From: Chthoniobacteraceae bacterium
GTDB taxonomy: Bacteria; Verrucomicrobiota; Verrucomicrobiia; Chthoniobacterales; Chthoniobacteraceae
Assembly: GCA_040081625.1 (NCBI GenBank)
Contig: JBEBGD010000041.1
Span: 1 to 41,756 of the forward strand
Length of the DNA: 41,756 bases
Direction: 5' to 3'
In this document: positions 1-9,011 of the stretch, piece by piece
Layout: each line of letters begins with the position of its first letter
Numbering within the stretch: the first letter of the stretch is position 1
Notes under the pieces: generated by a model
Databases searched by the model: none
What the model was told of the DNA's origin: nothing
What the model saw: only the letters and a program-made list of their open reading frames with translations
Made by a program: the position numbers and the translations under genes

Positions 1-1
1 C

Positions 2-3000
2 TTTCTCGCTCTGCTCGGCAGTGCCGCGATCTTTGCGAGCGCCGCCTTTGCCCAGGCGATCGCGGACATCAACATCGAGGAAAACGGCCAGGCGCGGAAA
101 CTGGATCTCGCGCTCGACGAAGTGCAGATCAAGCGCACGGGCGATCTTCCCGCCGGTCTTTTGAAAATTAGGGCCGAGGGCGTGCTGCCGGACGCGGCCG
201 TCTTTGAAGACCGCGTCTCGAGCGTCCTCGTGAGGCTGAAAAAGCCGCTCGATCGCGCGATGGCGGCGGCTCGGGGCGATATCGTCAGTGGCTCATTCCC
301 GGAAGCCGAGGTCTCGCCGGTGCTTTATGAAAAGGGCGCGCGGCGTGAGCGCCCGTATCGACGCATCGGGACGAGCGAAGTGCAGGTGCTCCTCACCGAC
401 GGCAGGACTGCCGAGAGCGTCCAGACACTCGCCGGCGCGAAAGCCATGAAGCGGACACGGGTGACTAATCTCGTGATCCTCGGCTTCGACAATCCGTATG
501 AAGCGCTGGATCGCTCGCAGGCGCTCCAGGCGCAAGGCGTGCGCGCGACGCCGGTGCTGGCCCGATATGCGAACCCGCTCTTCGCGGTGCCGAAGGATCA
601 ATTCTTCAACCGGCAATGGCACCTCGTGAACACCGGCCAGCTCGGCGCGCGCGTCGGCATCGATATCAACGCACTGGCGGCGTGGGACGTGACGCTCGGA
701 AACAACACCACGATCGCGGTCATCGATGATTGCCTCGAGACGCAGCACCCGGATCTGAAGGACAACTGCCCGCCGATCGGCTCGAAGCTGCATCACGACT
801 TCAACGATGCGGACGACGACCCGAAACCCGTCGTCGCCAACGGCGACTTCCACGGCACCAGCGTCTCGGGACTCGCGGCGGCAGCGCAAAACAACGGCGT
901 GCCGGACATCAACACCGGTTCGTTGCTGGGCGTCAGCGGCGTCGCTCCGAATGCAAGGCTGCTCGGCCTTCGGCTAATCGCCGGGCCCTTCACGGACCAG
1001 GACACTGCCAACGCGCTCTACTGGCACCCGGGCAATACGCAGGTCTCGGTGTGCAACAATAGCTGGGGCTTTGCCAATGGCTATCCGGCAGACCTGGTCA
1101 GCCTCGGGCCATTGGGCAAGGCAGCGCTGCGCGATGCGGCAACGCTCGGGCGGGACGGCAAGGGTCAGGTCGTCGTCTTCTCCGCGGGTAATTCACGCTC
1201 CGAGCAATCCAACGCGAACTTCTTCACCACCACCAACTCGCGCTACGTCGTGACCGTCGGCGCGCTCAATTGCTTCGGCACCTTCTCCTCCTACAGCACT
1301 CCGGGTGCATCGCTGCTGATCTGTGCGCCGGGCGGCGGCTTCGGCACGTTCGGCGTCGAGCAGCGTTGCACGACGACCGATGTGAGCGGCACCGCGGGGC
1401 TCAATCCGAATTCGATCCCGTTCGACGGCGGTTCGGACCTCCCGAATCTCGACTACACCAACCAGATGAACGGCACGTCCGCGGCAGGGCCGGTCGCCAC
1501 CGGCGTCGTCGCGCTCATGCTCTCGGCCAATTCCGACCTCGGCTGGCGCGACGTGAAGGAGATCCTCGCGGGCACGGCGATCAAAGTCGATGAAGGCAGC
1601 CCCGGCTGGGTGATGCGCCCAGCCCTCGCCAGCCCGCAGCGCGAGACCAACGAAGCCAATTTCAAATTCAACAATGACTATGGCGCAGGCCTAGTCGATG
1701 CCGGCGCAGCGGTCGCACGCAGCCTGACATGGGCAAATCTCGGGCAGGAACTCACGCAGTCCGTCCGCGTGACGCCCACCGGGATCGGCGGATTAGTCCC
1801 GGACAATGCCTCGGTCAAGACGTTCAGCTTCAACTTCAGCGGCCAGCAGAACCTGCGGGCCGAACAGATCGAAATCGAAGTGCGCATCGCACACCCATCG
1901 CGCGGCCAATTGCGCATCGCGCTCGTTTCGCCCTCCGGCACCCGCAGCGTGCTCGCTGTGCCGCGATCCTCGGTCTTCAGCCCGCCGGATTTCGTGCCTC
2001 CTCCATTCTATCGCGCCGACTACGTGGACACGGCGATCACCGATAATTTTCAGCTTCAGACCGGCACGGGAGGCTGGGTTCTATCCACGACGCGCCACTG
2101 GGGAGAGAATACACAGGGCACCTGGCAACTCGAGATCAGCGACGAAAATCCCGACAGCCGCGTGGCGCCGGCCTACGCATATCCGGGCAATCCCGACGGG
2201 CTCGTCGGTCGGCTCATCTTTGGCGAGATCCGGCTCTACGGCACCGCGAGCGGCCAGGAACGCGTCGTCTTCGAGCAGCAGCGCCAAAGCATCGTCGAGC
2301 CCGGCGCGATCACCAATCAGGACATCATCGTCCGGCGCCTCGGCCCGACGACGAGCGCTTTCACCGTGGACTACTCGACGACGGTCGGAACCGCGACCGC
2401 GAACGTCGATTACACGCCCGTCACCGGAACGCTCACCTTCAATCCCGGCGACGTCACGCAGACCATCCCGGTGCCGATTCACCCGGACTCGCTCCCCGAG
2501 AATACCGAGACGGTCAATGTGGTGCTCACCAATTTACTGGGCACGGGAGTCTCCTTCGGCGGAACGACCCTTACGACCATCGACATCGCCGATGATGAAA
2601 ACCAGTTCGTCACCGTCAGCGCCATCGATCCGCGCGCGGCGGAAACGGTCGCTGCCCTGCCGAGCGACGGCGGCACCTTCCTCGTGGCACGATCGAAAGT
2701 CACCGACCAGCCGCTCACCGTCTTCCTCTCCGCCGGCGGAACCGGCACGCCCGGCAACGGCGCCGGCGACTACGAGACGCTGCCCACGCAGGTCACGATT
2801 CCGGCGTTTGAACGTGCCGTAGCGGTCCCCGTGCGAATCTATGACGACGGTCTCTTCGAAGGGAATGAAACTATCACTCTCGCGGCGGTATCGGACGCCA
2901 GCTATGTGATCGGCAATCCGGGATCCGACACGGTGCAGATCGTGGACAACGATCGACCGAAAATCCAGATCGCGATCCTCAACAACGACCGACAAGCCGC

Positions 3001-4984
3001 CGAGAACCCGCTGGATACCGCGACGTTCCGGATCACCCGCGACCTCGTCACCCCTCAATCCCTATTTGTCTTCCTCCGCTTCGGCGGGACGCAGACGCTG
3101 CCCTTTAACTATAAGCTGACCTACTCCGACGTGAACGGCATCATGCGCGAAGTGATCGATCCGCTCAACAGCAGTGTCGAGATCGGCGCAAACCGGGCTT
3201 CCGTGGACATCACCCTCGTGCCGAAGGACGACGCCTTCTATCAGGCGACGAAGAGCGCCATCATCGGCCTGCAGCCGAATGAGGCCTACGACTTCAGCTT
3301 CGGATTCCTGACCGAAGTCGCGATCAACATCAGCGAAGACGATCCGCGTCTCGACTCGATCATCCCGAGTGTCGCCATAACCGCACCGAAAAAGAACACG
3401 CGGCTCGAGGCTCCGTCGGACGTGGCAATCACCGGGCGCGCCGCGGACAACGAGGCGCCCGACGGCCTCATCCGCCTGAGCTATCGGCTAAACGGCGGAA
3501 TCTGGGAGAATCTGATCGTGCCTGGTCTCCCCGCGCAAACCGTGGACTGGACCGCCACCTTCCTCGGCGCCGAGACCGGAACCGGCAATAACAAGCTGGT
3601 GCTCGGGCTGAACACGTTCGAGATCAGGTCCGTGGACAAGGCTAACAACGAATCGAAGATCGCCGTCCTCAAGTTTCTCTACATCCAGCAGCGCAACCTC
3701 ACGACCACTATAAGCGGACTGGGCTCGGTCTCGGCGGGGTTCGCTCCCGCCAGCCAGCGCGACGCCGGGTCCACGGTCGCGGTCACGGCGCAGCCGGGCA
3801 ACGGCCAGGTATTCGACAAATGGGTGCTCACGCCAGCCGGCGGCTTGCCGACGGAATTCCTCGGCAGAGCGCTGACTTTCACGATGCCCGATGTGGATGC
3901 AACACTGACAGCGAACTTCATCGCGAGTCCGTTTGGGCCGATCTCCGGGGCCTATAACGGCCTGGTCAAAGCAAATATCTTCGGCTTCGAGAGTGCAGGC
4001 TTCCTGAAACTGAACCTCGGCGCGACCGGCACCTTCAGCGGTCAGCTCACCTTCGCGGGACTTACTTACCGGATCAAAGGTGAATTCAGCGGCTCCGGTC
4101 GCTTCCAAGGCCAGGTCGAACGGCGCCGCAGTTCACCCCTCGTCCTCGATCTCACGGTGGACACTGCCCCCGGCGGCACGCACCGGATCACCGGAACCGT
4201 GAACACGCCGACCACGCAAAGCCTCGTGAGCGCCGATCGCGCCGTTTACGGCCCGGGCGCACCAGCGCCTGGCACACTAGTGAAGAGCTACACTATCTTC
4301 TTCCCGCAGACGCTCGGGGCCGGCCTGCCGCAGGGCACCGGCTGGGCAACCATGAAGATCGATGCAGCCGGCAAGGTGAGCTGGACCGGCCGCCTGCCCG
4401 ACGGCACCACGGCGAAGCAAACTGTGCCACTGACCAAGGACGGCACATGGCCGCTCTTCATCAATCTTTACAAAAAGCGCGGCGTCATCCTCGGTCAGGT
4501 CACTCACGCGGATCTCGCCGGCAGCGATTTGAGCAGCCCTCTCGACTGGCTGCGGCCCGCAGACCCGCGCGCACCGTTGTATCCGTTTGGGTTCAGTATC
4601 AATGGGCTCGGGCTGATCGGCTCAGTATATCTGCCGCCCGTCGCAGGTGCGCGCGTTCTCACAACACTCAACGGTGCCTCGCCCAATGCGACCGTAATGA
4701 TCGATCAAGGCAACTTGCTCGCTCCGATCAGTGAGCAGGTCACCGTCGCCTCCGACAACAAGGTCGCCGTCGCCGGCGGCAACCAAAAGCAGCTCAGCAT
4801 GCGCATCAACACGACGACCGGAGCGCTCAGCGGCAACTTCGTCCACCCTGTTAGCGCCAAGCGTGTGAACCTCAGCGGCGTCTTCTTCCAGAAAGCCGGC
4901 CTCGGTTACGGCACCTTTTCCGGCTCGTCGGTCAAGGGCGCCGTTTTGCACACCGGAACGCTCACGCTAACTCCGATCCCGTAG
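2..4984 (+). CDS. Large secreted S8 (kexin/furin-like) serine protease with P-domain, about 3 Calx-beta repeats, Ig-like and InlB-B-repeat-like modules and an uncharacterised C-terminal domain; 5' truncated
   Basis: The frame is open from position 2 (FLALLGSAAIFASAAFA-QA, tail of a signal peptide). Catalytic motifs IAVIDD, DFHGT, SAGNS (oxyanion Asn) and NGTSAA are present. P-domain motifs HPSRGQLRIALVSPSG and HWGE..GTWQL. Calx-beta-like units such as TVDYSTTVGTATANVDY..GTLTF. Confidence 0.9.
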   Translation, partial: FLALLGSAAIFASAAFAQAIADINIEENGQARKLDLALDEVQIKRTGDLPAGLLKIRAEGVLPDAAVFEDRVSSVLVRLKKPLDRAMAAARGDIVSGSFPEAEVSPVLYEKGARRERPYRRIGTSEVQVLLTDGRTAESVQTLAGAKAMKRTRVTNLVILGFDNPYEALDRSQALQAQGVRATPVLARYANPLFAVPKDQFFNRQWHLVNTGQLGARVGIDINALAAWDVTLGNNTTIAVIDDCLETQHPDLKDNCPPIGSKLHHDFNDADDDPKPVVANGDFHGTSVSGLAAAAQNNGVPDINTGSLLGVSGVAPNARLLGLRLIAGPFTDQDTANALYWHPGNTQVSVCNNSWGFANGYPADLVSLGPLGKAALRDAATLGRDGKGQVVVFSAGNSRSEQSNANFFTTTNSRYVVTVGALNCFGTFSSYSTPGASLLICAPGGGFGTFGVEQRCTTTDVSGTAGLNPNSIPFDGGSDLPNLDYTNQMNGTSAAGPVATGVVALMLSANSDLGWRDVKEILAGTAIKVDEGSPGWVMRPALASPQRETNEANFKFNNDYGAGLVDAGAAVARSLTWANLGQELTQSVRVTPTGIGGLVPDNASVKTFSFNFSGQQNLRAEQIEIEVRIAHPSRGQLRIALVSPSGTRSVLAVPRSSVFSPPDFVPPPFYRADYVDTAITDNFQLQTGTGGWVLSTTRHWGENTQGTWQLEISDENPDSRVAPAYAYPGNPDGLVGRLIFGEIRLYGTASGQERVVFEQQRQSIVEPGAITNQDIIVRRLGPTTSAFTVDYSTTVGTATANVDYTPVTGTLTFNPGDVTQTIPVPIHPDSLPENTETVNVVLTNLLGTGVSFGGTTLTTIDIADDENQFVTVSAIDPRAAETVAALPSDGGTFLVARSKVTDQPLTVFLSAGGTGTPGNGAGDYETLPTQVTIPAFERAVAVPVRIYDDGLFEGNETITLAAVSDASYVIGNPGSDTVQIVDNDRPKIQIAILNNDRQAAENPLDTATFRITRDLVTPQSLFVFLRFGGTQTLPFNYKLTYSDVNGIMREVIDPLNSSVEIGANRASVDITLVPKDDAFYQATKSAIIGLQPNEAYDFSFGFLTEVAINISEDDPRLDSIIPSVAITAPKKNTRLEAPSDVAITGRAADNEAPDGLIRLSYRLNGGIWENLIVPGLPAQTVDWTATFLGAETGTGNNKLVLGLNTFEIRSVDKANNESKIAVLKFLYIQQRNLTTTISGLGSVSAGFAPASQRDAGSTVAVTAQPGNGQVFDKWVLTPAGGLPTEFLGRALTFTMPDVDATLTANFIASPFGPISGAYNGLVKANIFGFESAGFLKLNLGATGTFSGQLTFAGLTYRIKGEFSGSGRFQGQVERRRSSPLVLDLTVDTAPGGTHRITGTVNTPTTQSLVSADRAVYGPGAPAPGTLVKSYTIFFPQTLGAGLPQGTGWATMKIDAAGKVSWTGRLPDGTTAKQTVPLTKDGTWPLFINLYKKRGVILGQVTHADLAGSDLSSPLDWLRPADPRAPLYPFGFSINGLGLIGSVYLPPVAGARVLTTLNGASPNATVMIDQGNLLAPISEQVTVASDNKVAVAGGNQKQLSMRINTTTGALSGNFVHPVSAKRVNLSGVFFQKAGLGYGTFSGSSVKGAVLHTGTLTLTPIP

Positions 4985-4999
4985 CACCTTCAGTCCGCC

Positions 5000-6109
5000 T
5001 CAGCGCGCCGTGAGAGTCACGGTGTGGAGTTGGCGCACGAGTTGGCCGCGCACGCGGCTTGGCACACTAACCGTGAAATCCGCCAGAGACCCGGGACTGA
5101 TCTGCGCGAGGATTTCTTCAATCCTCCGCACGCTGTCCACATCGTAGCGACCGATCTGGTGAACGACCAGCCCGCCCGTCATCCCGGCGCGCTCGGCAGG
5201 CGAACCGCGCTCGATATCGGCGACAAGCACGCCGGGATCATCGCTCGCGGAAAACCTTTTGCGCAGCTCGGGCGTGAGATCCTGCAACACGACGCCGAAG
5301 AACTTCCGCGCCAGCGAATCCGCGGCGGGCGCCAGCTTCGGCTTCTGCTGCGCCGTCTTCGTGAACTCGCGCACCTTGTCGCGCACGACGTCGCCGGGAA
5401 TCGCAAAACCGAGCCCCTGCGTCGGCACCCCCTGCGGCGTGAACGCCATCTTCACGCTGCTCACGCCCACGAGCTTTCCCGCGAGATCGACGACCGGCCC
5501 TCCGCTGTTCCCCGGATTGATCGCCGCGTCGGTCTGGATCAGCCCCTTGTATTCGTTCCCGCTGACTTCCACCGTGCGATTTTTCGCGCTGAGAATGCCC
5601 CGCGAAACCGAGCTGCCATAGCCCATCGGATTGCCCAACACGAGCACGGTCTGCCCCAGATGATTCGCCGACAGATCGTTCGCGCTAATGAACGGAAACG
5701 GCTTCGCGCCATCGATCTTAAGGAACGCGAGATCGGTCGCCGGCTCGCCTGTGATATAACGCGCCTCATAGGTCTTTCCGTCATTGGTCGTCACGGAAAT
5801 CTTCAGCTCCTCCGCGCGCGTCACGACGTGCTCATTGGTCACGATGTAGCCGCTTGCGTCCACGATGAAGCCCGTGCCGAGACTCTGCACCTGCTGCTGG
5901 ATTACGCGCGGCGGACGAATGCGGCCATTAAAGCCGCGAAAGAAATTCTCAAATGGATCGCGCACCTGCTGCTGAATCACCCCGGTCGTATTGATGTTCA
6001 CAACCGTCGGCATCGCTTTCGCCACGGCGAGCACCGAAGCCTCCGTGGCCGGATCAGTCTCTGCGAAAGTGGCGGTAGCGACGAGGAGAAGTGCGACGGG
6101 GAGTCTCAT
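5000..6109 (-). CDS. HtrA/DegP-family trypsin-like serine protease with one PDZ domain
   Basis: Signal peptide MRLPVALLLVATATFA; triad motifs TNEHVV, TDLAFLK, QTDAAINPGNSGGP; C-terminal PDZ (GSPAERAG). Start placed at ATG 6109. Confidence 0.93.
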   Translation of the reverse strand: MRLPVALLLVATATFAETDPATEASVLAVAKAMPTVVNINTTGVIQQQVRDPFENFFRGFNGRIRPPRVIQQQVQSLGTGFIVDASGYIVTNEHVVTRAEELKISVTTNDGKTYEARYITGEPATDLAFLKIDGAKPFPFISANDLSANHLGQTVLVLGNPMGYGSSVSRGILSAKNRTVEVSGNEYKGLIQTDAAINPGNSGGPVVDLAGKLVGVSSVKMAFTPQGVPTQGLGFAIPGDVVRDKVREFTKTAQQKPKLAPAADSLARKFFGVVLQDLTPELRKRFSASDDPGVLVADIERGSPAERAGMTGGLVVHQIGRYDVDSVRRIEEILAQISPGSLADFTVSVPSRVRGQLVRQLHTVTLTAR

Positions 6110-6121
6110 GCAAGTGACCAC

Positions 6122-6148
6122 TCAGACACGATGTAGCCGTATAGATTC
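6122..6148 (-). promoter_or_regulatory. Candidate sigmaE/ECF promoter of the htrA-like gene
   Basis: Minus strand reads GAATCT-N16-TCTGA, ending 12 nt before the ATG. The sigmaE consensus is GAACTT-N16-TCTGA. Confidence 0.55.
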
Positions 6149-6252
6149 AAAACAAATCTGATGTCACTTCGCTCGATTCTCGGACTTTTCAGCTTCAACC
6201 CCATTTCCACGCGAGGACTGGTTGGGAGATTCGGGCGAGGGGAAGCTGCATC

Positions 6253-6280
6253 TCGCCAGCGGGCGCTGCTGCGCTACCCT
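6253..6280 (+). promoter_or_regulatory. Candidate sigma70 promoter, near-leaderless
   Basis: TCGCCA-N16-TACCCT, then 8 nt to ATG 6289. Confidence 0.4.
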
Positions 6281-6288
6281 CGCTTGCA

Positions 6289-7062
6289 ATGTCCCCAGCT
6301 TTATCATTCCGCCCCTCACGGCTCGCCGTGCTCGCTTCGATGCTCTGGCCGCTCTACCTCGCCTCCACCGCGCTCGTCGCCCTCGTCTGGTTGAGCGGCT
6401 TCGGGCCCGGGATGCTCGCGGACCCGGACTTTGCCCACCGTATTCCAAATGCAGATCTGCGCGATGCGCTCGGACTGTTCAGCCGCGGGCTGGACCCGGC
6501 GTGGGTCACGCTCGGCGCCATCAGCGCCTACCTCGCTACCGTCCGTGCCGAGGGGCTGCGCGCCGCGCGCCACTGGTGCATCCTCATTCTCGGCGCGGGG
6601 CTGCTCATCAGCATTGCAAGCGCCAGCATCGCGCTCCCCCTCGGGCCCGTTCACTATCCCACCAACCTCGGCTGGAAGATTGGCCCGATCCCCTTCGCTC
6701 TCCCATTCCTATGGCTGCTCGTAATCCTCGGCTCCCGCGAGACTGTGCTGCGGATCTGCCCCCGCGCATCCCACCGCGCCAGCGCCGCATTAACCGGCTC
6801 ATGCTGCGCGCTCACCAGCCTCCTGCTTGATCCGCTCGCGTGGAAACACCGCGCCTGGTGGCTTTGGTATCCCGCTCAGTCCGACGCCCCAGCGGTCGCC
6901 CCGTGGACAAATCACACAACATGGCTGCTCGCCGGCACCGCACTTGCCTTGGCCATGCGCCCGAGCCAAGTCGCGCCCCGCATTACGGTGCGGCCCATTG
7001 CCTCTCTTATCGTTTATCTCTCCCTCGTCGCGATCACCGCGGTCACGCGTTTATTGCGATGA
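6289..7062 (+). CDS. Carotenoid biosynthesis-associated membrane protein (DUF422/CruF-like)
   Basis: Multi-TM protein with family-like motifs PLGPVHYPTNLGWKIGPIPFALPFLW and LLLDPLA..WWLW..APWTNHTTW. Confidence 0.65.
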   Translation: MSPALSFRPSRLAVLASMLWPLYLASTALVALVWLSGFGPGMLADPDFAHRIPNADLRDALGLFSRGLDPAWVTLGAISAYLATVRAEGLRAARHWCILILGAGLLISIASASIALPLGPVHYPTNLGWKIGPIPFALPFLWLLVILGSRETVLRICPRASHRASAALTGSCCALTSLLLDPLAWKHRAWWLWYPAQSDAPAVAPWTNHTTWLLAGTALALAMRPSQVAPRITVRPIASLIVYLSLVAITAVTRLLR

Positions 7063-7099
7063 ATGAGATGACCGTTAAACCATTGCGGCGTAACGCCGA

Positions 7100-7711
7100 T
7101 CAGCGCGAATAGAGCTCGACGATGAGTTGTTCGTTTACGATTGGTGCGATCTCATCTCGCGACGGGATGCGCGAGATCGTGCCCTTGAAGTGATCCTTAT
7201 CGAGCAGGAGCCAGTCCGGAACGGGCGTAATCTGCATGAGTTCAAGGCTTCGTGCGGCCAAACTCCGGCAGCGCGGCGTATCTTTCACGCCCACCACATC
7301 ACCCGGCCTGACAGCATAGCTCGGAATATCGACCTTGCGGCCATTGATCGTAATATGCCCATGGCCCACAAATTGGCGTGAGGCCGAACGGCTGTTGGCG
7401 AAGCCGAGCCGGAACACTACATTGTCCAGCCGCGTCTCGAGCATCTGAAGCAGTATCTCGCCGGTCACGCCGCGCTTCTTCTGTGCGATGCCAAAATAGC
7501 GACGGAACTGGCGCTCCAGCACGCCATACATGAAACGAAGCTTTTGTTTCTCCGCAAGCGCGAGCGAATAGTCACTAACCTTGCGGCGACCACCCTTCGG
7601 TCCGTGAATGCCGGGCGGATAATTCTTGGTTTCGAGCGTCTTGGTCGTGCCGAACAGCGGCACGCCGAAGCGGCGGCTGATCTTGTCTTTGGGTCCGGTG
7701 TAGCGTGCCAT
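7100..7711 (-). CDS. rpsD: 30S ribosomal protein S4
   Basis: MARYTGPK, EKQKLR, LETRLDNVVFRLG, IVELYSR. Confidence 0.98.
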   Translation of the reverse strand: MARYTGPKDKISRRFGVPLFGTTKTLETKNYPPGIHGPKGGRRKVSDYSLALAEKQKLRFMYGVLERQFRRYFGIAQKKRGVTGEILLQMLETRLDNVVFRLGFANSRSASRQFVGHGHITINGRKVDIPSYAVRPGDVVGVKDTPRCRSLAARSLELMQITPVPDWLLLDKDHFKGTISRIPSRDEIAPIVNEQLIVELYSR

Positions 7712-7729
7712 GAGTAAGGTGAAGTTGGA

Positions 7730-8353
7730 TTATACGCGGCGGGCTTTCGGCGGACGGCAGCCATTGTGCGGCACAGGCGTCACGTCCTTGATGATGGTGA
7801 TCTCCAGACCCACGGCTTGGATGGCGCGCACTGCGGACTCGCGGCCAGCACCGGGGCCTTTCACCCGCACTTCGACTTCGCGAAGCCCGTGCCCCATCGC
7901 CTGGCGGCACGCATCCTGCGCCACCATCTGCGCTGCATACGCCGTGCTCTTACGAGAGCCCTTAAAACCGCATTTTCCCCCGCTCGACCAGCCGATCACG
8001 TTGCCATTGCCATCGGTGATACTGACGATCGTGTTATTAAAGGATGCTTGAACGTGCGCCACTCCGGTATGCACGTTCTTGCTCCCCTTTGCCTTGACGA
8101 CTTTGATTGGCTCCACCGCGAGATTCGGATCGAGCGAGAGCTCGTCCCGAACCGGAGCCTCGGGCGCTACCGTCGCAGCGACAGCCGGAATCGCCTCTTT
8201 CGCTGCAACTTTCTTAGCCTTGGGTGCCTTCGGTGCTGGCGCCGATGCGCCCTCCCCAGCCACAGGTGCCGTGATTGCATCAGGTGCAGCGGGGGCGTTT
8301 TCCGCTGTCGCTGTTTTCTTCGTGGTCTTCTTAGATTCTTTGGATTCGGCCAT
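7730..8353 (-). CDS. rpsK: 30S ribosomal protein S11 with ~80 aa N-terminal extension
   Basis: [39 protein letters not shown]. Confidence 0.97.
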   Translation of the reverse strand: MAESKESKKTTKKTATAENAPAAPDAITAPVAGEGASAPAPKAPKAKKVAAKEAIPAVAATVAPEAPVRDELSLDPNLAVEPIKVVKAKGSKNVHTGVAHVQASFNNTIVSITDGNGNVIGWSSGGKCGFKGSRKSTAYAAQMVAQDACRQAMGHGLREVEVRVKGPGAGRESAVRAIQAVGLEITIIKDVTPVPHNGCRPPKARRV

Positions 8354-8371
8354 GATATTATAGAAAGTTGA

Positions 8372-8767
8372 CTAAGCTTTACCGCCCTTAGTTTCCTTAG
8401 CTCGGACGACACCTACGGTCTTGCGCGGACCCTTCCGAGTGCGGGCGTTTGTGCTCGTGCGCTGGCCGCGCACGGGCAGGCTGCGACGATGGCGGATGCC
8501 CCGATAACAGTTGATTGCTTGGAGACGCTTGAGGTGCCCTTGAACCTCGCGCCGAAGGTCGCCCTCAACCGGGATCTTATTGGCCGAAATCGCCTGAATG
8601 ATGTGATTGATCTGCTCCGGCGTTAGCTCTTTCGCCCGGATGTTCGGATCTACATTGGCTTGGTCCAGAACTTTTTTGGCAAGGCTGGGCCCGATACCAT
8701 AGATGTAGGGAAGCGAAGCTTCGATGCGCTTGTCGCCGGGAATATCGACGCCGAGAAGACGGGGCAT
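8372..8767 (-). CDS. rpsM: 30S ribosomal protein S13
   Basis: [42 protein letters not shown]. Confidence 0.98.
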   Translation of the reverse strand: MPRLLGVDIPGDKRIEASLPYIYGIGPSLAKKVLDQANVDPNIRAKELTPEQINHIIQAISANKIPVEGDLRREVQGHLKRLQAINCYRGIRHRRSLPVRGQRTSTNARTRKGPRKTVGVVRAKETKGGKA

Positions 8768-8798
8768 GACGGGTTTGAGTTACAGGTTAGTTGTTTGG

Positions 8799-8912
8799 TT
8801 AGCCTTGCCGCTGCTTGTGCCGCGGGTTTTTACAGATGATGCGCACGACGCCTTGTCGCTTTACGACACGGCAGCTTTCACAAAGACGTTTTACGGAGGC
8901 TCGGACTTTCAT
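8799..8912 (-). CDS. rpmJ: 50S ribosomal protein L36, zinc-ribbon (C+) type; not in the ORF track
   Basis: Hand translation gives [37 protein letters not shown]. Confidence 0.97.
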   Translation of the reverse strand: MKVRASVKRLCESCRVVKRQGVVRIICKNPRHKQRQG

Positions 8913-8957
8913 GGTGATGACTGGTATTGAAGGTGATTCTCTCTGACTCTGTAGGAC

Positions 8958-9000
8958 AAAAAATCGCCCCGGCGAACTCGGTGCTCCCCGGTGCGATTTT
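8958..9000 (-). terminator. Terminator- or attenuator-like hairpin between the infA remnant and rpmJ
   Basis: Minus strand AAAATCGC-A-CCGG-G-GAGC-accga-GTTC-G-CCGG-G-GCGATTTTTT: an imperfect stem ending in a U6 tract. Confidence 0.55.
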
Positions 9001-9011
9001 GAAGATGGTCG

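Noticed and set aside
7086..7098. Small hairpin CGGCG-TTA-CGCCG after rpsD as operon terminator
   Set aside because: It has only a 5-bp stem and a 3-nt loop with no U tract, too weak to call.
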